DNA from: Eledone cirrhosa
Taxonomy: Eukaryota
Length of the DNA stretch: 64,000 nucleotides
NCBI GenBank assembly: GCA_964016885.1
Contig: OZ024742.1
Location: 148,862,001-148,926,000 of the forward strand
Reading direction: 5' to 3'
In this document: positions 51,860 through 64,000 of the stretch, piece after piece
Layout of the letters: each line of letters starts with the position of its first letter
Numbering within the stretch: the stretch's first letter is position 1
Translations under genes and position numbers: made by a program
The notes under the pieces: generated by a model
The model's input: only the letters and a program-made list of their open reading frames with translations
What the model was told of the DNA's origin: nothing
Databases searched by the model: none

Positions 51860-52048
51860 TGTTTCTACTTTTGGCACAAGGCCAGCAATTATCCCAGTGT
51901 ATTACTGGTACTTTATTTTATCGACCCCGTAAGGATGAAAGGCAAAGTTAACCGCGGCAGGATTTGAACTCAGAATGGCAAGTGCCGTAACTCTTTGCTG
52001 CAAAGTATGGCGTCAGACCCTCTACCGATACTGCCATCCACTGCCCTC
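51860..52048 (-). mobile_element. SINE nested in the Penelope element, with ~17-bp TSD
   Basis: AAAACA(C/T)ATCTAATAAT on both sides. Confidence 0.85.
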
Positions 52049-53149
52049 AAAACATATCTAATAATACTAACTACACACCCTCAACCTGCAAAATACCTGC
52101 TAACTTAGGTCAACTAAATGAACATAATACCATCTTCAATTGCATTACCAACGAAATAGACACTAATACAAGCAGTGGTACCATTAATGATAGTAACTAA
52201 AATAATAGTAATAACATAAATAATAATCTTAGATTATATAACACATCCCAAACAAACAGATGCAACTGTAGAATTAAAGCTAACTGCCCCCTTAATGGCA
52301 ATTGCTTAATTAGCAGTATAGTATATAAATGTAAAGTAATTACTAAGGACCCTACACAATCCTACATAGGTGCTACCTCTACTTCATTTAAGAAAAGATT
52401 CTATTCCCATTCTTTTAAAAATACTAAATTAGCTAACACCACCTCACTAGCAGAAACTATTAACAATTCTAAAATGAAGAATATAGCATACAACCTAAAA
52501 TGGAGTATCCTGAAGAGAACTAACTCATATCAAGGTGAAAGAAGAGAGTGTCCATTATGTTCTCAGGAACTGTTCCAAATCATGAAATCCAAAGATAGGT
52601 TACTAAATAAAAAGCAGGAATTATTTCATGTAATCATAAAATCTTGAAAATGTTTAAATACTATAAACCTACCTAATACTTTAAATCACTATGGTCATAA
52701 CTAGTTTCTTCAATCAAGAGAGACATAACTAGAAATAATATATTCTTACCCAAATAATCTACCTATAAAATAAATGAGTGTTGGTAATTAATTAAATCAG
52801 CAGTAATCTGATCCTTCAAAAGCGGCTATAGTATTTCCTCATATCAATAATACTATGACTCGTAAACTAATGAAAATAACTTACAATCTAACTAACCAAA
52901 TTGACTTAATGAAAAACATATTCTTCTATCTAAACTCTAATAAATATTCAAAACCAATATTAAAATTTAAATAGAATTTAAATACAACTTAAATTACTAT
53001 GTATTAATATCATCTAACCAAAAATAATATTAACTTTGAAATTTTTATATCACTCAATATTTTCCCATATTGGAATTACATTTCACCTGTTATTTCTATG
53101 ACTTATGAATTAACCCAAACAACCTATATAATTAGCACAAACACTGAGC

Positions 53150-53650
53150 ATAAGAGGAATCAAATGCTGTGTGCAGGAGAGGCGGTTGCGTTGGTATGGA
53201 CATGTGATGCATAAAAAGGTGCAGAGCACTAGAAGTCGATGGAAACCGTGGAGTGGGGAAACCCAAGAATACCTGGGATGAGGAGATAAAAGCCGACCTT
53301 ACTCAATTACACCTCTCAAAGGTGATGACACACGACCGTGACATCTGGCGTCACGCAGTAATACAGAATACCCGACACCCCACGGGTACAAGCCGAAGCT
53401 GAAGCATATAGACAATATGCCCCCAGCCCACACTGTAAAGTGGATGTGTAGGTGCCACGGAAAAAAGCACCCAGCACTCACTGTAAATGAGGTTGGTGTT
53501 AAGAAGGGCATCCAGCTGTATAAACCAAGCCAGAATCAGTTCCCGTATGAGCAAGGCATGGTCAGCCAACTGGACACTGCCCACAACAGGACAACCCATC
53601 TAACCCATGCTAGCGTTGAAGAACGGACGTAAAACGGTGATGATGATGAT
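53150..53650 (+). mobile_element. RTE 3' fragment plus SINE
   Basis: RRLRWYGHV motif; GTTAAGAAGGGCATCCAGC and (GAT)n tail. Confidence 0.65.
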
Positions 53651-54559
53651 CTTCCTCTATCAAAACTGTATTACCAATCCTAAATCAGCATTGGATTTGA
53701 AAAATAATTTTTTCTTACTATATATGTATTTATGAATACACATATAACCCCAATTAAGGAACAAGGTATGCCTTCAAAATTGGGTTTTTATTGAATATTT
53801 TTAATTTATTAAATATTACTTTCGCAAGTTAGCAATACAGTAACTTATAAATTAATCTAATAAACTTGTATAATAACCAAATAATTTCCCTATATCTAAA
53901 TTAGAACACCCATATAAAAACAGGTTTATTTATTATCAACTAAATGCTTAACATCCCTCAATTAAGGCATCTGTTCTCAGATTTATTACCCCTAACACAA
54001 GGCACTTACTCTTCAAATGATAGTGGAGAGGGTCCTAGAACACTCCTTCCACTATCTTTACCAATCAAAGGAGGCAACCTGGAATATATATTTGTATAAA
54101 AAGTCTATTCTTATATCTACCCTGTTTATATACAACCAATAAAAATTCTAACTTCATTGTTTCCAAAGATGGTATGATCGAACTCATATATTATGGCTGA
54201 TAGTATATAGTTCTTTAACTGTTATAGATCAGTCAATATGATCAACCCTCTGAAACGATCGTAAAACAGTGAAAGGAATATGGAAAATAACTTGCCTTTG
54301 TTATTATTATCATTGTTAAACTAATATCTAATATATCAGACTCTGTATCTGAAGGATTGACTCGGCGAAACGCGCAACCACCAATCTCTGGACCTCACTG
54401 AATTACTTGCTAACGGATTACATTGAGTTCTAACTACAGTATAGACCCTACCACAAAAGGTGGACCACATTGAATATATATAATTCTCATCGGAGATATA
54501 AAATTTCACCGGAGTTATTTTAGCAAAATTTAGTAAGCGGGAGGGAGGGGAGATCTACA

Positions 54560-55260
54560 ATTATTCAAGACCCAAGAGTAGTACAGGACAGTATCATACC
54601 CAATGACTGGCACAGCTGTATCATTGTAAATAGCTACAAGGGCAAAGGGCACGAGAGAAAAGTAACTATAGAAGCATCAGGTTGACAGGCCAAGTCATGA
54701 AAAGGTTATAGCACAACTAATTAGGGAAAGAATCAAGTTAAATGAGATGCAGTTTGGATTTATGCCAGGTAAGGGTACTACCAATGCCTTCTTTCAGGTG
54801 AGACAACTACAAGAAAGGGGTAGGCAGAATTTCCATAAGATACATACAGCATAATTTATGGATGCACAAGAGAGGGATTGCAGCAGATGCACAGATGTGA
54901 GCACTAAGAGCACATGTGAAATAGATTCCTTCAGTTGCCAAGGAGACTCCTTAGAAGTAGTTGACCACTTTTGTTACCTTGGTGATCAAATAAGCAGTGG
55001 GGGAGGATGCTCTGAAAGTGTGAGCCAACCACATTTACAGTGCGTACTGGGTGCTTTTTATCATGACTCCTACACAATCACTTTACAGTGTGAACTGGGT
55101 GCATAATGAAATGCAAAGAAACCCAAGTGACTGGGAGCTGTGGAAGGGGCAGACCTAAGAAGACATGGAATGAGTTTGTGAAGATTAAACCTCACAACAG
55201 AAATGACAAAGAACCAAGAGGATTGGCACTATGTTGTGATGATGAGGACCTGGCCAACAA
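54560..55260 (+). mobile_element. Deleted RTE-like LINE
   Basis: EMQFGFMPGKGTT; VVDHFCYLGDQISSGGGC. Confidence 0.7.
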
Positions 55261-55407
55261 AATATAACGTGGCCTGACTTATCCCCGTGTCCCCTTCCAC
55301 TCCATAGCAGCTATCCTCACCATCACTACACACTCCCCTCCTCCTGTTTTCATTCCTTACCTGCTGTTAATCACTTTTCAACCCATAATAATACAATATT
55401 AACTTTA

Positions 55408-58388
55408 TTAAACTTTATACAAGTGTTTGATAGAATAAATTAGAGCAGCAAATTTATCAGAATCTTTAAAATGAGATCTCCACATAAATTCTCTCAAAAA
55501 AGACTGAAAGAAGAATTTGCCATATTTTCTACGAAAAGAAGCTTTTAGTCTCAACCACATTCTGTCTATATTTCTGGTGTTGATTTCCAATTCTTCTGAA
55601 TCATCATAATCTATATATTCATGAGTATATATACCATGTTGGATCTGGTCAATTTGAAGATATTCAGCCCATATATCAGATACAATATGGGTACCTACAA
55701 GAAAAATAACCGTCATGAATGATTATTCAAGAAGAGAAATGAGAAATTGTGGTATTCATATATTTTCTAAAACAAGAATGAAAAATATTTTGATGAAGCA
55801 TCAAATCCTGGTTATGAACTTGATTTGCTAAATAAACACTTACCACCACACAACATTGTCTACATTAACCCTTTAGCATTTAAATTGGTCATATCCAGCC
55901 AGAATTCTCCCACCACTTTCTGTTCAAACTGGCTGTTCATACTTATGTTAAGGTATTGTTCTCAAAATAAATCAAAATCTTGTAGATTCAATATTATGTG
56001 AGATAATTATGTGAACACCCCACTTACAATAGTATATATAGAGTAATGTAAATTCTAAATGGTTAAGAATGGGGGAAATATCAAACCATGTAGGCAGTAG
56101 TCTTTGTTACAGAAAGTGAATTTAACTCCTAACATCATATAATGATTTAGCAGAAAATATCCCAAAGTGGGTTTGTTAATTCAAATTTTTATAAAATCTT
56201 TGCTAATGGACAGATTGTTATGAACATTTGCAGTTTAATCTTTAATACGATGCAGTCATAGTGCTATTTTGTACTTTTCAAGAATGTCTTACTACAGTAA
56301 ACAGGAAGTGGGGGTGTTCACTCCTGGCAACACTTATATGGGGATAGCACCTTTGGGTTTGTTGTATAAGCCTATATAGGCTGTATTGAAATAAAAGTGG
56401 GGGCTGGACGGCTGACTCAAAGGCTGTCCCAGGCAGCAGACATTCTAGCTATGCCATTGTCTAACTAATGCAGCTGACATAGTCAAATGATTTAATTTTA
56501 AAAAATAGCAATTGGATTCAACTTTAGTCATTTGTCTTATTCTGACCTTTATTCATTGTATTTGTCTTTACTTCATGACCCTCTCAATTATAGTGATCAA
56601 AGTATTTCACATGAACAATTAAATGTTTTTACTTTTCACTGTTGTGATTTCTTGCAATCCAGCTAGTGTTAACCTATCTCCATCTAGATACTGTTACTTT
56701 CTCAGTTTCTTTTGGCTAAATATTCCTTCCATTATCAGCACATAGCATGCTTTTTACCAAGCAAGTGTCATTCATTTACATAAGGATGACTACAACACCC
56801 ACTGAAGTCTTTATTACCCAAACACACTTTCATCTTACATGCACTCCACCTGTTAAGCATATGAAAGAGAACATAAATAATTCAGGTTTATAATAAAATG
56901 AAAGCTATTTTCAGTGACGTCAGAGTATGAGCGAGACTCGTAGACAAACCAAAGACAGTATAGAAGAAGGAAGTGGAAACTTTAAAAAAACACCAAACAG
57001 TTGTAGGTTTAGAGGCATGTTAGCCAAAACCCTTGGCAGGAGGGATGAGGAATTACTCATATAACATAGCGGACAACTAGAAACTGCTATGAGACAACCT
57101 GCTGAGATTCACTGACGAGACCTGTGGTTGGGGCAATGTATCAGCCATGGAAGATGGAAGTGGGACTACAAAAAGTAAGAGAAATGCTTTGGAAAATCTA
57201 GATGGTGAGTAACAGATAACAATAACAAGTAGCTAGTTTATTTAGCAAAAAAGGAGGCAGTAAGTAAGAGGTTTACTAATGTTCTGTGACATGAGGAGCA
57301 GAGATACGGGTGTTCTGGATTGCAAGACTGTACCAACGGGAACCCAAGACAGTGGAGGAGAAATGTGTGCAGAATGACTGCGATATACTTACTCTTATTG
57401 ACACCAAATAGGAAGATGGTTGGAAGTGTTACTATAAGAAATTGTTGAATTAGGAGTGAGGGCCCGTCCCAAGTAGACCCAACTGAGGTACTAGCCATCA
57501 ACATTGACAGAAGTATGGTAGATAAAGTGATTAAATATAGGAAGGTCGAGAAAGCATTCGGCTCATCAGGGATTGTGGCTGAGAGTATTTAACTATCTGG
57601 TGGAATGTAGATACTTGTGAAGCAGAATTTTTTTTTTAATAGACTGATTACGGTACAAATAAAAGCAAACTATAGATTTTATTAACCATACCTGGTAAAA
57701 TCCATCGTATAATTGCAGCTTCGAAAGCGTCTTTATTTTGATGCTCAACATTCACAAGAAAACATTTATCAGATCCTCGTTCAATTCCACCAAAAACTAA
57801 ACATCCTTCCACATCTTTCTTATCCTTACACTTCGATTTAATAAATCTAAATATATCTATTTCAACGACCTTTGGTTCACCTGACTGTAAATCGAACCCA
57901 CCAATCTCAGGTGAATCACCAGCTAATTCAGTCGGGTGTTCTTCCAGGAAATGTTCTAGTAGTTCACGGATCAATCGAAACAGAACAATAGTTGAACTCT
58001 CATTTACGTTTATCTCATAGGCTATCTCAGAATGTAAATACTCTCTTGACCACATATACATAAGCCATATGAATGTTGTCAGGGAGAGATTACTATTCTC
58101 AAAAACGGATCCTTTACGAATTGACCGAGCGAAGTTATGTTTTGGACATCTCCATCGTTTTCTATCTTTACCATGCTTGTAGCCGATAAATGAACACAGG
58201 TTCCCACAAACGGGACACGTAACAGAATTGCTTATGAGCTTATATTTCGCTAACCATGTTATTGTTTTATCATTCGTGGAAGTTTGTTGAAAAAGATCAC
58301 AGAATGTCCAAGATTCTTGTCTAATTTTTTCGTCTTCAATTATTTCACTGCATATCGTTTTGTTGTTAGATCGTCTCCCGCGTGACAT
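55408..58388 (-). CDS. Merlin/ISXO2-like transposase-derived gene copy C; join complement(57692..58388,55408..55694), 327 aa
   Basis: Both exons open; exon lengths identical to copy B (697+287 nt); canonical splice sites; acceptor CTGTCAG just before the ATG. Confidence 0.9.
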
Positions 58389-59017
58389 TCTGACAGAAAT
58401 AAACAGCACGCAAAAAGAAAATTAACTCAATCAAAACAGGCTTTACATGAAACTAATTCTAAATGTTAGTTTCGTATAAATTATTTTGCATTGGAGATAA
58501 AGTAAAATGATATCAAAATATGTACTTGATCTGGTAGTTAATTCACGGGATTCATAGTGAAGTTATTAAACAGCATAATGGGATATAATTTGCATATACA
58601 CGTACACACAAAACACTATAAGGGGCTTCTGTGTGTTTTCCGCCTACCAAATTTCACTCACAAGTAAAGTGGTAAGACATTCAACTGCAAGCCGCATATT
58701 CTGGCAACAACTCAAGTGGTGGACTAATTTGTCCTTAGATACATTTAAAGTAGCGAGAATATTTTCTAAATTCATGAAAACCTTTAAGGTTGCTAATATA
58801 AGAATTTTACTGATTTTATAATTTAATCATTGTTTCTACATTTGGCACAAGACCAGCAATTTAAAGGGAAGGTGAAAGTCGATTAAATCGACTCAGTGCT
58901 TTACTGGTACTTTATTTTATCTACCCTGTAAGGATGAATGAATGAATGAAATTATTGTGTACAGTGCTCAGGTGCACTACAACTCGTCAAAGGTGGATGT
59001 ATAGTACATAGAATAAT

Positions 59018-59180
59018 TGTTTCTACTTTTAGCACAAGGCCAGCAAGTATCCCAGGGTTTTACTAGTACTTTATTTTATCGACTCCGTAAGGATGAAAGG
59101 CAAAGTTAACCTCGGCGGGATTTGAACTCAGATCGTAAAGGAACGTAACTATGCCGGAAAGCATGTCCGACCCTCTACCG
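59018..59180 (-). mobile_element. SINE nested in a CR1 tail, TSD ATAGAATAAT
   Basis: Duplication at 59008-59017 and 59181-59190. Confidence 0.85.
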
Positions 59181-59399
59181 ATAGAATAATATACAAATGT
59201 CAGGGAAGTGAATAGTGTATGGCAAAGCTAACTTCAGCGGGATTTGAACTCAACATAAAAGGCCATTACTATATGCTGCAAAGCATGTCTGACCCTCCAC
59301 CGATACTGCCAATCCACCACCTCTTTTCGAATATAATAACATCAAAATAAGGTAAATATAATTAAAACATGATTTTTGGGGTTTTCTTTTTTTCTTTTT

Positions 59400-59475
59400 T
59401 TCTATATTTCTAATTCTTTTGGATCACTATAATCTATACGTTCATGAGTATATATACCATATGGTATCTGTACCT
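59400..59475 (-). pseudogene. Deleted relic of Merlin-gene exon 2
   Basis: TCTATATTTC..TTCTTTTGGATCACTATAATCTATACGTTCATGAGTATATATACCAT matches exon 2 of copies B, C and D. Confidence 0.6.
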
Positions 59476-61359
59476 GTCATCTTTGAGGCTCCCCTCCATT
59501 TCACTTCTTGTACACAGTACACATCTATTCATCTCTACAATTTCACCAGTTCTAACTTTCATTGAGCCAACATTAATAATGGCAGTCTCGAAATTTCTAA
59601 CTGAAGAAGTGGTGGATGTCCATTATTGGTTTTGACTTCTGTTTTCTGGAAGAAATAGTGTGATTGCTTGACAACAGTCTAGAGGGTCTCACACATAGAC
59701 TTTCTATCTGGTCATCCCACTACCATGATCAGTACTAACATGACTAGTGTTAGCCCTGTATATCTTAGTGTTTTTCATTATATGTTCAATATCATAGTTT
59801 TACTGACTGAATGCTCTTTCTATCAGCAACCGCTTTACAGTTTAGACTGTACATTTAATTGTGCTACCAGCACTAGAGACGTTTTCTTTCAGATGGATCA
59901 AATTAAAAATAACAGAATGAGTCTTAGCATAACTGATTAGGAAGATAAACTGATTGGCTCAGATGCTGTTTGCTTTCGTGTCAGAATAGAGTAGCACTGA
60001 GGCACTCTTCTTGATGAAACAACAGCAAGACAATCCTAGCTATGAGTAAACTGCTAAAGCTAGCATTTGCTGAATTGGAGAAACCCTTTGACAGGGTACC
60101 ACTCACTTTAGTCATCATCATAATATATTCATTTTCCATACTAGCAAGGGGTATACAGATTGCAACAAACTAAGTCAGAACTCAAGCAGAACTACTGACC
60201 TCTCAGATGGGCTAGGGACTTGCATCTTGCTTACATTCCTATGCTGTACTGGATGCCTGGGCAGGCCGGAGGTCTGCTTCACACAAAATGTTCCCTCAAT
60301 CTACAGTGGGCATGTTACTGTGACTAGGGCATTGTCACGTCCTTGACACAGTTGAAGAGTACCCTGGCCATTTGTTTGGCAAATTTTCTATGGATGGATT
60401 CCCTTCCTATCACCAACCAACTTACAGGGTGTAATGGGTGCATTTATCATGTAAATCACCAATGCTAGGGAGGCTGTTGTACCTGACACAGCCGAATAAT
60501 CCTCATGACCCATGTTTCTATATTCTCAGTTGGTATATTCTATAGTAACTGATAAGTTTGTATACTATATTTACAATCATCTTTAAAATCCATTTTTCAG
60601 CATATATATATATATATATAAATCATTTTTTTAGTTTAAACTTTATTTATAACCTAAAGCTGTAATGCCTTCACCACTATGTCACAGTCTTGTATCTAAA
60701 TGTAAGTTAGCATGTTCTGAGAAGATAACATTTTAGAAGTGTTCAAAGAGAAAAAGAAGAAATACTATGTACACCAGTGATCGTAGCGTATTTTAGAGAG
60801 AGTGTTTTTAATCAGCTAAGTGTGTGAACAGGGACGGGGGCTTGTACTCTAATATTGGGTATTAACAACTGTTTAAGGTAGATATATTTTCTCTGAAAAT
60901 GTAAGCTAACTATAGTGAAGCTATCTTTAACTATATGAAAAATATGCAGTAGGCATGAAGAATTATTTATTGGGAATTGTACAGAATATAGATCTATTTC
61001 AGTTGAGCTGTGCATGTAAATTCAAGATTGCATTTTGTTGATATATATATATAGTGTCTGCAATTTGGTATGGTTAAACATAACTAGAATGTGATATCAT
61101 TAGGACTTGCATGCTTCAAAATCTCTGATCATGGAATATGAGTTTACCAGATGGAAAAAAACTGAAGTTACCTGTAGACAGGCTTGGGTGAAGAAGCTAA
61201 GGGTAGAGTGAGGACATATGAGTGACTACAAGTGAAATTAAGAAGAAACCAACATACTGTAGGGGAGATAACTTAACTTTGATGTACATCCAAGTTGTTT
61301 GGGCAAGGAACAATCTAACAGGAACATTTTAATCCAGGTAATGCCAGGAAAACCATATA

Positions 61360-61855
61360 ATAATAATGAAATTATTGTGTAAAGTGAACAGTGTATGAGT
61401 CATGATATACATGTGTATGAAGGGGGGATATCAGGTGTAGTGTTGGCGAATTTCAGGAAGCATGGAGGTTTTAAAGAATGCAGTGTCTCGGCAGCTAACA
61501 ATTGGTGCAAGTAGTTTGTTCCATGCTTCAGCAACTATGAGAGTGAAAAAATGTTTCCGAAAGTCATGGGAGCTGTGGTGTTTTCTGACTTTGTAGGCAT
61601 ACCCATGTGTTAGACACATGGAATTTAAAAAGGTGCTCAGGGTTGTTGTTGGCAAGATGGTTAATAATTTTGTAGATGTTTACCAAGTCAGTGATCAGGT
61701 GTCAGAGCTTCAATGTATCCTACAAGGCATTCAGAGTATGGTAGATGCCTGATGGAGGGTAGTCGCTTGGTTGCACATCCCTGATCAGTTTCCAGGAGGT
61801 CAATGTTCTAAGCAAGATAGGGATTCCAGACTGGTGATGCAAATTCTAATATGAC
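61360..61855 (-). mobile_element. CR1-like LINE 3' part
   Basis: LEFASPVWNPYL; RKHFFTL..AWNKL; (ATT)n tail. Confidence 0.8.
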
Positions 61856-61902
61856 ATTCACAAGCAAGAATAATTACAAATAAAAATATAATATTAACTT
61901 TA

Positions 61903-62947
61903 TTAAACTTTATACAAGTGTTTGATAGAATAAATTAGAGCAGCAAATTTATCAGTATTTTTAAAATGAGATCTCCACATAATTTCTGTTAATAAAGCTT
62001 GGCATGAGAATGTTCTCCGCTTTTGATGGAAATGTTTTTTTACTGTCAGCCACATTCTGTCTATATTTCTTGTGTTGATTTCCAATTCTTCTGGATCATC
62101 ATAATCTATATATTCATGAGTATATATACCATGTTGGATCTAGTCAATTTGAAGATATTCACCCATATATCAGATACAATATGGGTACTTACAAGAAAAA
62201 TAACTGTCATGAATGATTATATATTTATTGAAGAATAAAAATGAGAAATTGTGGTATTCATACATTTTATAAAACTACAAGAATGAAAATTATTTTGAAG
62301 CATCGAATCCTGGTCATGAACTTGTCTTGATAAACTTTACCAACACTATAGTTTCTATATGAAGTATATGTTCGCTGGAGCTTTTGTTGCAGAAAGGTAT
62401 GGCTAATTGAAGTGAATTTAACTCTTAACATCTTATAGTGATTTAGCTTTGGAATTAGCTGGCATTCCAAAGAAATTATGCAAAGTAGACACAGGACAAC
62501 TCTCTAGTTCCCATAGTAAAAAACACACCCAATACACTCCATAAAATGGTTGTTGATAAAAAGAGAATCAAACCCATGACCTTATGGGCGTAAGTCCAAC
62601 ACAAATTTCCCCGTGGATCTGTATTGAAAAATAGATTAAATAGCTGAACACGGTACAGTTGAAGGGAAATCTCAAATTATATTAACCATACCTGATAAAA
62701 TCCATCGAATAATTGCAGCTTCGAAAGTGTCTTTATTTTGATGCTCAACATTCACAAGAACACATTTATCAGATCTACGTTCAATTCCACCAAAAACACA
62801 AACTCCTTTTGCATGTTTTTTATCCTTACACTTAGATTGAACAAATTTGTTAACATCTATTTCAATAATTTTTCTTTCGCCTGTTTTTAAATCAAAACCA
62901 CCTATCTCAGGTGGATTGTCAGCTAATTCTGTTGGATGGTCTTCCAG
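61903..62947 (-). pseudogene. Merlin/ISXO2-like gene copy D, pseudogene (exon 1 remnant 62692-62947, exon 2 61903-62188)
   Basis: Acceptor AG changed to AA; 1-bp deletion near 62161; CAG>TAG; 5' part of exon 1 replaced by a LINE. Confidence 0.88.
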
Positions 62948-63460
62948 TTAAAAAGATCATCCTTCACACCCATTGCAGAGAGCTTTGTCATAAGTCTTTT
63001 GTGTGGCACAGAATTGAAAGCTTTAGCAAAATCAAGGTAAAAAACATCAACCCATGAGCCGCCATCAGTGATCCAGGTGATGTCTTCAAGAAACTTGATA
63101 AGTTGATCACAGCAGCTGGAGTTGGGGATAAATCCCAATTGCGAGGGCCGGATAAGAATGTGAGAGTTCCAGAAGTTCCAAAGCATTTCTCTGACACAGG
63201 ATTCCATCAGTTTGGCAATGCAGCTAGTAAGACTGACTGGACGATAGTTCACAGGTGATGTGCGGTCACCCTTTTTGAACAGAGGAATGATGCTGGCAGT
63301 TTTCCACTGTTCTGGAGTAGCACCGTTGTTCAGACAGAATTGGAAGAAGCATGATAGCTGGTGCAGAAGGATGTACCCACCACGTTTGAGAAGCAGGTAC
63401 GTAACACCATCAACATCAGGAGAGGCATGGTTGCGTTTATTTTTAAGGTGACGTTGCAGC
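62948..63460 (-). mobile_element. CR1/L2-like LINE RT fragment
   Basis: SPDVDG; WKTASIIPLFKKGD..NYRPVSLTS; YLDFAKAFNSVPH. Confidence 0.88.
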
Positions 63461-64000
63461 ATGGCGTCTGACCCTCTACCGATACTTACGAAACTGATAC
63501 TTTCTTAAGATAATTTTTCGGTGTTGAAAAAATCGTAGGACAAAAAGTCTCGTGGTATTTGTTCCTGTTCTGTGTGCTTTCAGTTCAAATTTTGCCATGC
63601 TTAAATTTGGATTTTACCGTTTCGGTGACGGTAAAACAAAGTACCAGTTAAGTGCAGTGGTAGTTTTGAACAACTAGTCCTCCCTCTCCATCGAAAAAAA
63701 AAATGTCTAGCCTTGTTTGAAACAATTATAAAAAAACAAATTGGTATCCAAATACTTCACTCATCGCTTTCTTTTCACGTAGATCACTGTTAAGACCTCC
63801 AATGTCCTCGGTCTACACTCAGGAGGAGTGCATCCCACCTGAGGAAAGAGCGCCATGAGATGGAGTGGCTGATGCGCCATGAGATGGAGTGTTTGATTCT
63901 GGCTATTCTCTGTGGCAATGCTTTTACCATCTTGTCAGCGATTGCCACTGAGATGTACTGCCTAGCCAGAAGTGTAGAGTCTACTCCTCCTTCTCCCATC

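Larger units (their letters stand above)
50546..54473 (+). mobile_element. Second Penelope-like element (YRDD type), degenerate, with nested SINE and LINE pieces
   Basis: GGLYRDD; VNFLDITMDL; PYHKPN..SNHP; GIY-YIG at 52260-52620 (CNCR..CPLNGNC..IVYKC..SYIGAT); duplication ATATATATAATTCTCA at both ends. Confidence 0.8.

Noticed and set aside
63790-63999. ORF at the window edge with a short HSISWR repeat
   Set aside because: Truncated and unassignable; probably repeat-derived

Overview
AT-rich, repeat-dense eukaryotic DNA. The SINE and LINE repertoire suggests a cephalopod/Octopus-like mollusc (inference). Two host-gene structures can be rebuilt by hand. (1) A + strand, six-coding-exon DHHC palmitoyltransferase of the ZDHHC1/11 type (17576-30241, ~246 aa); its first coding intron is U12-type and the model lacks the usual TTxE/PaCCT tail. 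(2) A - strand tandem array of Merlin/IS1595 (ISXO2-like) transposase-derived genes: three intact copies of ~327-330 aa, one pseudogene and one exon relic. The intact copies and the pseudogene share a phase-1 intron at the same codon and have altered catalytic motifs, and I saw no TIRs. This looks like a domesticated, expanding transposase gene family and is the main finding. The rest is nested mobile DNA: a non-autonomous LTR element with tRNA-Trp PBS and 4-bp TSD inside a fossil hAT transposase, two Penelope-like elements, hammerhead-ribozyme-like motifs, CRE-, RTE- and CR1-type LINE fragments, a Helitron-like element, many SINEs, inverted repeats and microsatellites. All calls are by eye, with no database searches.
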